A stretch of 63,894 nt of DNA, filler included, from NCBI GenBank assembly GCA_964501035.1. It is 3 parts of 3 records of this genome, joined end to end, with 100 filler letters (N's around TTAATTAATTAA, not from the genome) between each part and the next. Parts side by side here need not be neighbours in the genome. Positions count along the whole stretch, not along the records: positions 1 to 24,134 come from CAZCRK010000017.1; 2 more parts are not named here. One strand, given 5' to 3'. The position numbers were made by a program, and so were the translations under genes. The notes beneath the pieces were generated by a model. That model ran no database searches. It was given only the letters and a program-made list of their open reading frames with translations, and was not told the origin of the DNA. Shown piece after piece: positions 9,301 to 18,162 of this stretch. Each line of letters begins with the position of its first letter. The first letter of the stretch is position 1.

Positions 9301-10882
9301 TTATACATTACCTGGGCCCGGAGGACCATCTCCAATTGTAGCTGTATTTTGGGATGATTTAAAAACTACAAGTGGTTCTGCTGTATATTATTATTACAAT
9401 GTAGTTCAAGATTATGTTGTCATTGAATGGTCGGATGTTCGAACATATTGGGATAATTCTCGGGAATCATTTCAGATAATTTTATATGATTCAGATTTCA
9501 ATACTCCAACAGGTGATGATGAAATGAAACTCCAATATAAGGATTTCAATAATACAAGTGTGGGTGATTATCCGGTAGGTAATTATGATGGAGCTGTAAT
9601 TCACGGAGCATATTGTACAGTGGGGATAGAAGACCAAAATGGAACAGATGGATTACAATATACATTCAATGATGAATATCCAACTCCAGCACGTGAACTT
9701 GAAGATGGAATGGCACTGTTTATCACAACTCAAAATGCATCTTTGTATGCTGCCCCTACGGTTGAGTATAGTGATGATTTTTATGCATTTGAACTTGCAG
9801 GTGATGGAACTTCGTCTGCTGATTTAGCTATTTCAAATACAGGTGAATCTGGCTCAATATTAAATTATGAAATAACAGTTTCTCCTTTTGAAAACATGAT
9901 AGGAGTTGTAGATGGCTTTGGGTATGCATGGTCACATAGTAACATTCTTGAAAATGAAGCCCACGATTGGGTAGATATTTCAGAAGATCAAAATGTGAAC
10001 ACATTATCTTTTGAAGTAAATGATGAATCTCCTCCAGCAGTTAACATTGGATTTGAATTTCCATTTTATGGCGAAAATTATTCCCAATGCATTATTAACC
10101 CAAATGGTTGGATAGGATTTTCACAAGACCATAATGAGTGGTATAATGAGCCTGTATTTTCTGACAATTCTCCACGAAATGCAATATTAGCTTTTTGGGA
10201 TGACTTAAATCCAGTTTCGGATGATAATGAAGTTGGTGAGGGGTATGTTCGATATTTATCTACTTCAGAATATTTTGTCGTATGGTATGATCATGTTATA
10301 CATTGGTCAAGCAATGAAAAAATATATGATTTTCAAATTGTATTATATCCAAACGGAGAAATTGATGTCAATTACCGTGATATGATTGGTGATGTAACTT
10401 CTGCAACTGTGGGAATTGTGGATGAAAGTGGTGAAAATGGTCAACAAGTTGCATTCAATCAAAATTTTATTGAAGATGAACATTCCATATTTTTTCGAGC
10501 ATCTCCAAATTGGCTAAACTTAACATTAGAAACACCTGATTATAGCCAATCTATTCCATCGGGTGAATCTGCAGAATATTCAATATTAGTTTCATCGGAA
10601 AATTTAAATACGGGAATCTATGAAGCGTATATTAGTATTAATACAAATACAATTAATGATATTAATATTCCGATTGAGCTTCATGTTAATTTGAATATTA
10701 ATTTGGGTGATATTAACAATGATTCCATAATCAATGTTTTAGATATTGTACAATTAGTTTCGTTTATAATGGGAGATGATTCTCCAACATCATTTGAAGA
10801 AATCGCCTCAGATTATAATGAAGATGGAATAGTTGATGTAATAGATATTGTGCTCATTATTAATGTTATCATGGAAAGATAA
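6365..10882 (+). CDS. Secreted C25 (gingipain-family) protein with propeptide, Ig-like domains, two beta-rich modules and C-terminal dockerin-like domain
   Basis: Signal peptide; GKPELP propeptide; WRKLQGY, FIGDA, PEIIIGRMS, NLMGDP; dyad region NYRGFYG/TCATG; duplicated GDxNxD..(N/D)VxDIV at C-terminus (10706-10882). Confidence 0.9.
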   Translation: MYIRAKMIKTIFLSCLIASITFAKSSFVMNEKNSVSTSLSLEIESPNFQKTDGFDTIISDGTGKTMEVGKPELPSYSVHIQTEPGVMYDIEYSVSESQVFENIHLYPTQSMEFESNPTNTLSKDDVFYTQNKKYPLKNMSTSQAIFRGISMQSIEFIPYEYDAKNKKLTVFTQVDFSLTKIENNEIQPVSRPKSEVFENIASSFLLDYDSNRDGEYQTPSILYISGSNLADHPQMQTLVDWRKLQGYEVHVISVSEIGYTNSSIKAYIQTAYDTWENPPEFVCFIGDANGSVSVPTYIVGQSGWYGAQGEGDFPYSLLEGDDLIPEIIIGRMSVRSSSEFVTVVNKIIGYERGYAGEMDWVESAALVGDPYDSGISTVITNEYIEQLMDNYGIEDIRTKYSGSNFDSWMQDQINSGISYLNYRGFYGFSGFTSNEVNGLSNGYKLPFITTLTCATGSFEEEATSIIEDLFRAGTSVNPKGGVAVIGTAQPYTHTAFNNIVDMGIYEGIFIHNAQTAGEALVYGELALLETYPHNPNNNVYYFSTWNNLMGDPATQLWTDTPKNLHLSHDSVLNNGSDYIQFEITDDLGLPVGDAKVTLVKGDSEIFDTQTANENGIVSFNLNYTSLGDVNVLATCQNCIPEESSFEIISDLPTLSVDESSMLIIDNGNNDQIWNAGEEVSIQFEVLNQSMDDIENILVSVQSNSSFINADANVETIPSILGNSSVLVQIIAGVSDVDTPDMENSEIVIQLEMDGLVWNYYVPIPIANGYVELSKQIIADENNNGLLDRGETVELDVLMVNLGSIPLTAISGEIEYQGDKLVFSETQFNWSNLNSGQSTIATNSIQVTSTNEIINGTVISIPVNISTSEGYSTTSFFQLEVGEVSVNDPLGPDNYGYYIYDSEDNLYEQAPEYNWIEIEPSLGGNGVELDISDNGNNQDESTTVDLPFTFTFYGVDYHEITVCSNGWISFGETPMESFRNYTLPGPGGPSPIVAVFWDDLKTTSGSAVYYYYNVVQDYVVIEWSDVRTYWDNSRESFQIILYDSDFNTPTGDDEMKLQYKDFNNTSVGDYPVGNYDGAVIHGAYCTVGIEDQNGTDGLQYTFNDEYPTPARELEDGMALFITTQNASLYAAPTVEYSDDFYAFELAGDGTSSADLAISNTGESGSILNYEITVSPFENMIGVVDGFGYAWSHSNILENEAHDWVDISEDQNVNTLSFEVNDESPPAVNIGFEFPFYGENYSQCIINPNGWIGFSQDHNEWYNEPVFSDNSPRNAILAFWDDLNPVSDDNEVGEGYVRYLSTSEYFVVWYDHVIHWSSNEKIYDFQIVLYPNGEIDVNYRDMIGDVTSATVGIVDESGENGQQVAFNQNFIEDEHSIFFRASPNWLNLTLETPDYSQSIPSGESAEYSILVSSENLNTGIYEAYISINTNTINDINIPIELHVNLNINLGDINNDSIINVLDIVQLVSFIMGDDSPTSFEEIASDYNEDGIVDVIDIVLIINVIMER

Positions 10883-11142
10883 TTAACCACCACTTAACGC
10901 AGTGATAATGTGGATTTCATCCCTATTTTTAATGGGGTGATTGATAGCAAATATTTGTTCTGTATTGATAAAAATTTTAATATGGGGTCTAATATTTTCT
11001 TGTTCATCAATGATTCTAATACGATTCCTGAGAATTGATTATTCAAATCATCTAAAATAGAATGAATGGTATTCCTCGATGCTTCAACTTTTTTCTGCAT
11101 ATTTGTATAAGCTAAAAGAGGCGAGGGAATATGAACAATCAT
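10883..11142 (-). pseudogene. MoaD/ThiS ubiquitin-like protein with one frameshift near 11022
   Basis: MIVHIPSPLLAYT...FSGI continues in another frame as RIIDEQENIRPHIKIFINTEQ...DEIHIITALSGG*; span 260 nt (one base short of a codon multiple); ATGA overlap with upstream gene. Confidence 0.85.
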
Positions 11143-12311
11143 TTTGGAATATATCCAACTTCTAAAGAATAAATATACGGAAGATGAATTGCTAGCTGTC
11201 TCCAACTATTTCCTTCATTATCGCTAATCCAAATTGTTCCGCTACTCGTACCAAAATACAGACCTAATGAATCCAAATGATCATGCGTCATTGCTTGGCG
11301 AAGGACAGTAAACCATGCTTGCCTAAGTGGTAATCCAATATCTTGCCTAAACCAAGATTCACCAGCATTGTTCGAGCAGTATACTGCAGGGTGTCCATCT
11401 GGGCTCACACGTGGCCATACATCGGTACTATCCATGGGAAAAACCCAAATAGTATTGGGGTCGCGAGGATGTACTACAATTGGGAACCCAATATCGCCAA
11501 TATCAGCAGGCATATTATCACCAATTCGAGTCCATGTATCTTGGGGTCTTTCAATTTTATAAATTCCACAATGATTTTGTTGATATAATGTATCCGGTGA
11601 ATTGGAATTGAAAACTACACAATGTGGGTCTTGTCCAAACTCTGGAGTAGGTCCCGGGATAAAGTCTGCTACCACCCCTTTATTTAATGGATTCCACGTT
11701 TCACCTTGATCTGTTGACTCAAAGGTTCCCCCACCCGACATGCTAATATACATGTGATTTTTATCTCGTGGGTCAATCAAAATCGAATGCAATTTGGGGC
11801 CATCAGGTGTTCCATCGCTAATATCACCTATCCACTCAGACCGTTTAGGATGTTTATTGAAACCGTCTATACCAATCCAAGTATCTCCACCATCTTCTGA
11901 CCTGAAAAGTCCTTGGGGCGATGTACCTGCATACCACACATTTGGTTCAGATGTATGCCCAGGAGTTAACCAAAATGTATTATCAACGACTAATGATGTA
12001 TCTTTTGATTTATGAAATGCAGGAGGAGATGTTGCTTCAATCCATGTTTTACCTAAAGTTGTCGAACGATAAATGGTTGGTCCTAAATGCCCAGTTTTTG
12101 CAGATACTAAAATTGTTTTATTATCTCGGGGATCCATTACCATATGATGAATTATTGAACCTAAAAAATGAGGCCCGTTAACCTCCCAATGCAGTCTTTT
12201 ATGGTTTGAATAATAAATAAAAGCACCCTTTTTAGTTCCAACAAGAAGTGCTATTTCTGAAACATCTTCATGTGTAAATAACTGCTTTGTTTGCTCTTTT
12301 GCCAATGGCAT
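11139..12311 (-). CDS. BNR/Asp-box repeat beta-propeller protein (sialidase/Ycf48-like fold)
   Basis: LVGTKKGAF start; repeated SxDxGxTW Asp-boxes (SEDGGDTW, STDQGETW, SNNAGESW, SDNEGNSW); QQNHCG; no signal peptide. Confidence 0.88.
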   Translation of the reverse strand: MPLAKEQTKQLFTHEDVSEIALLVGTKKGAFIYYSNHKRLHWEVNGPHFLGSIIHHMVMDPRDNKTILVSAKTGHLGPTIYRSTTLGKTWIEATSPPAFHKSKDTSLVVDNTFWLTPGHTSEPNVWYAGTSPQGLFRSEDGGDTWIGIDGFNKHPKRSEWIGDISDGTPDGPKLHSILIDPRDKNHMYISMSGGGTFESTDQGETWNPLNKGVVADFIPGPTPEFGQDPHCVVFNSNSPDTLYQQNHCGIYKIERPQDTWTRIGDNMPADIGDIGFPIVVHPRDPNTIWVFPMDSTDVWPRVSPDGHPAVYCSNNAGESWFRQDIGLPLRQAWFTVLRQAMTHDHLDSLGLYFGTSSGTIWISDNEGNSWRQLAIHLPYIYSLEVGYIPK

Positions 12312-12384
12312 CCCATCATCCCCTAAATTGATTGATGAATATAACTATAAAATGAAAAATAATAAAAGTAAAATGAAAAGGGGT

Positions 12385-12416
12385 AAAAAAGGGGTTATTC
12401 GAAGTCGAATAACCCC
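12385..12416 (-). terminator. Rho-independent terminator after pntB
   Basis: Inverted repeat GGGGTTATTCGA/TCGAATAACCCC followed by U6 on the minus strand. Confidence 0.85.
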
Positions 12417-12438
12417 TAAAGAAGAAAGTCGGATAAAG

Positions 12439-13860
12439 TTAATCTTCTTTTAATGTTTCAACAAATTGCGATACCGTTGATTTTGCATCACCAAAAACCA
12501 TATAGTTATTATCATAACCAAACAGTTCGTTTCCTATTCCGGCAAAACCTGGATTCATAGACCGTTTAAGTACAAATGTTGTTTTTGCATAATCCACATT
12601 CAAAATTGGCATACCATAAATTGGACTTGATTCATCATGGCGTGCAGCTGGGTTCACCACATCATTTGCACCAATAATTAATGCAACATCAGCAGATGCA
12701 AACTCATCATTAATTTCGTCCATATCAAACAACTTATCGTATGAAATATTAGCTTCAGCCAATAGAACATTCATATGACCTGGCATACGGCCAGCAACGG
12801 GATGCACTGCAAATTTTACTTCTACACCTTCACTTTCAAGTTCATCCGCAAGTTTTCGTACTTCATGCTGTGCTTGTGCTACAGCCATGCCGTAACCTGG
12901 AACAATAATTACAGAGCCAGCAGCTTGCATTGTAAAGGCCGCATTTTCTGCACTCATTTCTTTAACAGTTCCACCTGATTTTGTAGTTGTTTGTTGGGCT
13001 GATTCATCCACTTTACCAAAAGCACTAAATAGGACGTTTCCTAGGGATCGATTCATTCCTTTACACATGATGTTTGTTAAGAATATCCCAGATGCACCAA
13101 CTAAAGCACCACTAACAATTAGGGCTTGGTTTCCAAGAACAAAACCTGTTGCAGCAGCTGCAATTCCTGAATATGAATTCAGTAGTGAAATAACCACAGG
13201 CATATCTGCACCTCCAATTGGAATAACAGATAAAATACCAAGAAGCATACCCACACCCACTATAACGTAAAATGCATTCATATTTTCAGGATTAGCCACA
13301 AAGAAGTAAGAAGCAATTATTACTCCAACCAAAATAAGTAAATTGATAATATTTTGACCAGGGTATGTAATGGGTTGTCCACTAATCTTGCCTTGCAATT
13401 TACCCCATGCAATAAAACTTCCCGTGAATGTTAAAGAACCAATGATAACCGATAATACTATAGTTACCATTGTGGTAGTTAAATCACTATTGTTTCGAGC
13501 AAGTTCATCCAAATATGCTTGTTTACCATTTAAATACTTGAATAACTCTGCTGAAGCAACCAATGCAGAAGCACCACCACCAAAACCGTTAAAAATTGCG
13601 ACCATTTCTGGCATTGCAGTCATGGCAACTTTTATGGCTGAAAATGCACCAATTATTGCACCAATTACAATCCCACCAACAACCCATTCTAATGGTATAG
13701 CGTCCATCTTAAATAGAGTTGCTATGATTGCAATTAACATACCTACTGCTGAAAGGAAATTACCTTGTCGAGCTGTATTTACTTTTCCGAGTCGTTTTAT
13801 ACCTAAAATGAAAAGAATCGCGGAAATAATATAGGAAATCAAAATTAAATTAGAACTCAT
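12439..13860 (-). CDS. pntB: NAD(P) transhydrogenase beta subunit
   Basis: GGADMPVVISLLNSYSG, GYGMAVAQAQH, HPVAGRMPGHMNVLLAEA, GANDVVNP. Confidence 0.98.
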   Translation of the reverse strand: MSSNLILISYIISAILFILGIKRLGKVNTARQGNFLSAVGMLIAIIATLFKMDAIPLEWVVGGIVIGAIIGAFSAIKVAMTAMPEMVAIFNGFGGGASALVASAELFKYLNGKQAYLDELARNNSDLTTTMVTIVLSVIIGSLTFTGSFIAWGKLQGKISGQPITYPGQNIINLLILVGVIIASYFFVANPENMNAFYVIVGVGMLLGILSVIPIGGADMPVVISLLNSYSGIAAAATGFVLGNQALIVSGALVGASGIFLTNIMCKGMNRSLGNVLFSAFGKVDESAQQTTTKSGGTVKEMSAENAAFTMQAAGSVIIVPGYGMAVAQAQHEVRKLADELESEGVEVKFAVHPVAGRMPGHMNVLLAEANISYDKLFDMDEINDEFASADVALIIGANDVVNPAARHDESSPIYGMPILNVDYAKTTFVLKRSMNPGFAGIGNELFGYDNNYMVFGDAKSTVSQFVETLKED

Positions 13861-14150
13861 TATTTATTTCCTTTCTTTTTAAACATTTTCAGCATTCTAT
13901 CCGTAACTAAATAACCACCAACAACATTTATTGTACCAAATATGATTGCAAGAAATCCAAGTATTGCTAATAGTTTATCATTTCCACTTGCACCTACAGC
14001 AAGTAAAGCACCAACAATAGTAATTCCAGAAATTGCATTTGAACCAGACATTAGAGGAGTGTGGAGTTGAGGGGGTACTTTTCCAATCAACTCAGCACCA
14101 GCAAATGTTGCCAATACTGCAATAAAAATTAATCCAATTAATTGTTCCAT
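13860..14150 (-). CDS. pntAB: NAD(P) transhydrogenase alpha subunit, membrane part (split PntAB)
   Basis: LHTPLMSGSNAISG, GGYLVTDRMLKMF. Confidence 0.95.
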   Translation of the reverse strand: MEQLIGLIFIAVLATFAGAELIGKVPPQLHTPLMSGSNAISGITIVGALLAVGASGNDKLLAILGFLAIIFGTINVVGGYLVTDRMLKMFKKKGNK

Positions 14151-15277
14151 TAGTTCGTTCCTTCAATTATATTTTTTGTCATTTCATGTACAATATTACC
14201 TTCATGAGTTACCACACATCCCTTGGTAATATCATTTTCAAAATCAACAAGTAATTGATCTTCTTTGATGATATCTGATAAAAATTTTGCAAGGTTTTTA
14301 GATAACATTAAACTTGCATGTGTTGGTACTTGTGCAGGAAGATTTAATTGTCCATCAATAGTTACACCATCAACTTGAATAACTTCTCCTGGTTTTGTGA
14401 GTTCACAGTTACCACCATTTTCAGCAGCCATATCAATAATGCATGAACCTGATTGCATATCTTTTACCATGTAATCTTTAATAAGAATTGGAGCTTTTTT
14501 ACCAAAAATCAATGCAGTTGTAATAATAACATCGACTCGTTTTGAAGCTTCATGCAATAATTCCATTTCTTTTCGGATAAATTCATCATCCATTTCAACA
14601 GCATAACCACTATCGGTTTCGGATGAATCATCTAAATCCATATACAAGAATTTAGCTCCAAGAGATTCAACTTGTTCTCGAGCTGCAGGTCTCACATCAA
14701 ATGCCTCAACTTTTGCACCTAATCGACTTGCAGTAGCAATAGCTTGTAAGCCAGCAACACCTGCTCCAAGAACAAGAACCGTTGAAGGTTTAATGGTTCC
14801 TGCAGGAGTCATCAGCATTGGGAAAAACTTTCCAAGATGTGTGGAAGCATTCAATACTGCTCGATACCCTCCCACTGTCGCTTGGGAACTTAGAACGTCC
14901 ATAGATTGTGCATAAGTAGTTCTAGGTATGAGCTCAAGACAGAAACTTGTGATATTTTTTTCTGCCAATGCTTTTACTGTACTGTGGTTAGTGAATGGAG
15001 CCAATAGTGAAATTAATGTAGTTCCATCCTTTAATTTTTTTAATTCTTCTTCTGATGGTGGATTTATCTTTACAATGACATCTGCATCAGAATAAACATT
15101 GTCAACTATTTTTACACCAACTGCTTCATAGTCTGCATTTGAAAGATGAGCTCTATCGCCAGCTCCTGATTCAACTTGAATGGTGATATTGTCAGAAACA
15201 ATTCGCTTCAATTCGGCAGGCATCATAACTACACGAGTTTCACCGACGAGTGTTTCCTTTGGTATTCCTATTATCAT
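14150..15277 (-). CDS. pntAA: NAD(P) transhydrogenase alpha subunit, NAD-binding part (split PntAA)
   Basis: GETRV, AQSMDVLSSQA, GAGVAGL, FDVRP, GGNCELT. Confidence 0.96.
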   Translation of the reverse strand: MIIGIPKETLVGETRVVMMPAELKRIVSDNITIQVESGAGDRAHLSNADYEAVGVKIVDNVYSDADVIVKINPPSEEELKKLKDGTTLISLLAPFTNHSTVKALAEKNITSFCLELIPRTTYAQSMDVLSSQATVGGYRAVLNASTHLGKFFPMLMTPAGTIKPSTVLVLGAGVAGLQAIATASRLGAKVEAFDVRPAAREQVESLGAKFLYMDLDDSSETDSGYAVEMDDEFIRKEMELLHEASKRVDVIITTALIFGKKAPILIKDYMVKDMQSGSCIIDMAAENGGNCELTKPGEVIQVDGVTIDGQLNLPAQVPTHASLMLSKNLAKFLSDIIKEDQLLVDFENDITKGCVVTHEGNIVHEMTKNIIEGTN

Positions 15278-15471
15278 TCTAACTCCTTATTAATGACCAA
15301 TAATACAGCCCTAAATTTACATAGGAAAATATATGTTATATAAGACAAAAAGGTAGAATAAAATAATTTTTACTTCTTTATTATCCCGTTTGTCTGGGTG
15401 AAATAGAATAATATGATTTAAATCCCTTATTTATATTTTATTCTACATATTTTAAACAAATCTCTTTTCAG

Positions 15472-15491
15472 TGTAACAAAATGTAACAAAA
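15472..15491. repeat. Perfect tandem direct repeat (TGTAACAAAA)x2 in the pnt/protease divergent intergenic region
   Basis: Read directly from sequence; function unknown. Confidence 0.6.
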
Positions 15492-15741
15492 GCAAATAAT
15501 ATTTGCAAATAGTATATATTCATGCATATCGATGACATAAAATCTATTAATACAGAAACGGGTATCACTTCAATAATTAACCCAGATTTAAAACTATACT
15601 TGTATAGAACCGAAAAGAAAAAGTCCATTTTTTAACCCCAATCTTAAATCGTTACATATTATTACAAAATTGAAATGTTTAATCTAGTTGATTGATTGGT
15701 AAATTTATTGTGTTCATTTAATAAAATAGAAAGGACACATA

Positions 15742-18150
15742 ATGCGATTTTCCAATTTTATACTTATCATCCCTTTTGTATTTGTACACTTCTTATTTGC
15801 ACAGATTAGCCAACCTGGAAATCCTAAACATCTTACAGAAAACTTGCAAAATGCCATCCATAAAATTTCGCTGCCAGAAGTCAACCGAGATGCACTTCTT
15901 TTAGAAGATGATTTTGAGATGAGCAAGGATGTACCATATCGCTTTGGAACTCCGTTCGATGTACAATTAAACTTAGAAAATTCAGGGTACTGGGAAGATG
16001 TGGAAGGTGGAAAAGTGTGGAGATTATCCATTCATTCACCCCATGCTTATTCCATAAATTTATTGTTTAGCAGGTATGTTTTACCCGAGGGTGCAGAACT
16101 ATTTATTTATGATGAACATATGGAAACGGTTTTAGGTGCTTTTACATCCGAAAATAATAAACCCCATGAAACATTTTCAACCTCACCAACACAGGGTGAA
16201 ACGACAATTTTAGAATATTTTGAACCTTCTCATGTTGATTTTGCAGGAGAAATTGAAGTAAGTCGAGTCGTGCATGCCTATCGGGATATATTTTTCAATA
16301 CTGATCGAGGATATAACGATTCAGGTTCGTGTAATAATAACGTAAATTGTCCTGATTTTTCAGATTGGACAGATGAGGTACGATCCGTTGCTATGATTTT
16401 AACCAGTGGTGGTTCCCGCATTTGCACGGGAGCACTTGTCAACAATACACGCCAAGATTTAACTCCATACTTTTTAACCGCAAATCATTGTTTAGGTGGA
16501 GAATCAAATTGGATATTCATGTTTGAATACGAAAGTGAAGGATGTTCAAATCAAGATGGACCAACCTATATGACCGTGCAAGGTTCGACCCTGTTAGACA
16601 ATGCTTCCACATCTGATTATGCATTATTGGAATTAGATGAAACCCCACCAGATTCTTACAATATTCACTATGCTGGGTGGTCAGCTGTAGATGTTGGACC
16701 CGTCAATCCTGTAGCAATTCACCATCCATCTGGAGATATCAAGAAAATTTCATTTGATTATGATACTGGTATATCAGATGGTTGGAGTAGCAATGATGGG
16801 TCTCATTGGCGAGTTGCAGATTGGGAAGATGGCACCACTGAACCGGGTTCGTCAGGGTCTCCACTGTTTGATAATAACCATAGAATTGTGGGACAACTGC
16901 ATGGTGGTGAAGCATCGTGTTCATATAATGTGAATGATTATTACGGTAAAGTTTCTACATCATGGAGTTTGGGTCTGAGTGACTATCTTGACCCTGATAA
17001 TACAGGGTTAACAGTGCTAGATGGAATTGATGCTATTGATTTGCCTGACCCTGAATTAACCTTTGATGCAACTGAATTTCAGTTTGAACTTGAAAGCAAT
17101 GATTCAGCGAGTGATTTATTTTCGATTGAAAATACAGGCGAAGCAGAATCCATTCTGTACTATTCATTGCAAACATCTCCATTTGAAGAAATAGGAGATG
17201 GACCAGATGGAGGGTACTATTGGACTGACACCGATACCGATGAAAGTATTGAATATGAATGGATTGATATTTCTGAATCTGCTGAATTAATAACATTCAC
17301 CAACAATGATGATTCAGAAGGTCCTTTTGACATTGGATTTGAATTTCCATTTTATGATGCACAGTACTCACAGCTAAATATAAATCCAAATGGTTGGCTT
17401 GGTTTTGGTGTGACAGGTAGCCAATGGGATAATACTGGCATCCCCTCTTCATCTATTGCAGGTCCTGCAATCTTTGGATTTTGGGATGATTTGAATCCAG
17501 AAAATGATGGATGTAATGAATATTGCTCCGGAAATGTATTTATGCATTCCAACTCAGATCGAATGGTGATTTGGTTCAACGATGTTGCTCATTGGTGGGC
17601 GAACTTTGAAAACAGTTATTATAATTTCCAAATTGTACTTTATGCCAATGGCGAAATTGCCATAAACTACCAAAGTATAACGGGTACTTATGCAGCTTCT
17701 GTGGGTATTCAAGAATCAGCTATGGTGGGAAGCCAAGTGAGTTTTAATCAGGATAATTTAGAAGCCCAGAAATCCATTGTTTTTGCCGCCACACCAGATT
17801 GGTTGACAGTTAATCCTACTGATGGCGAGTTATTAGACGGAGAATCTCAAACTATTTCTGTGAATGTGAATAGTGATGACTTGGTTTCAGGAGAATACAA
17901 TGCGTTTATTCGACTCGTATCTTCTGCCGGTTCAGCATCTATTCCTGTTTCACTCTTAGTGGATGGAGGGGTATCTTACATTTTAGGTGATGCAAACGGT
18001 GATTTAACCGTTGATGTTTTGGATGTTGTAATGATGGTAAACTTGATTCTTAATGGTGAAGGTGGTAACATTGCATCAGATGTAAACCAAGATAGTGAGT
18101 TAAATGTTCAAGATATAATTTTAACAGTAAATATTATTTTAGAAAACTAA
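15742..18150 (+). CDS. Secreted lysyl-endopeptidase-like serine protease (S1D) with C-terminal dockerin-like domain
   Basis: Signal peptide; triad TANHC / DYALL / GTTEPGSSGSP; VGQLHGG and DYYG as in Achromobacter protease I; dockerin 17986-18150; AAGGA SD. Confidence 0.9.
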   Translation: MRFSNFILIIPFVFVHFLFAQISQPGNPKHLTENLQNAIHKISLPEVNRDALLLEDDFEMSKDVPYRFGTPFDVQLNLENSGYWEDVEGGKVWRLSIHSPHAYSINLLFSRYVLPEGAELFIYDEHMETVLGAFTSENNKPHETFSTSPTQGETTILEYFEPSHVDFAGEIEVSRVVHAYRDIFFNTDRGYNDSGSCNNNVNCPDFSDWTDEVRSVAMILTSGGSRICTGALVNNTRQDLTPYFLTANHCLGGESNWIFMFEYESEGCSNQDGPTYMTVQGSTLLDNASTSDYALLELDETPPDSYNIHYAGWSAVDVGPVNPVAIHHPSGDIKKISFDYDTGISDGWSSNDGSHWRVADWEDGTTEPGSSGSPLFDNNHRIVGQLHGGEASCSYNVNDYYGKVSTSWSLGLSDYLDPDNTGLTVLDGIDAIDLPDPELTFDATEFQFELESNDSASDLFSIENTGEAESILYYSLQTSPFEEIGDGPDGGYYWTDTDTDESIEYEWIDISESAELITFTNNDDSEGPFDIGFEFPFYDAQYSQLNINPNGWLGFGVTGSQWDNTGIPSSSIAGPAIFGFWDDLNPENDGCNEYCSGNVFMHSNSDRMVIWFNDVAHWWANFENSYYNFQIVLYANGEIAINYQSITGTYAASVGIQESAMVGSQVSFNQDNLEAQKSIVFAATPDWLTVNPTDGELLDGESQTISVNVNSDDLVSGEYNAFIRLVSSAGSASIPVSLLVDGGVSYILGDANGDLTVDVLDVVMMVNLILNGEGGNIASDVNQDSELNVQDIILTVNIILEN

Positions 18151-18162
18151 AAGGAGAAGTAA

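Noticed and set aside
10894..11205. 103-aa hypothetical ORF
   Set aside because: Chimera of an out-of-frame upstream segment, the MoaD N-terminal half and a post-frameshift tail.
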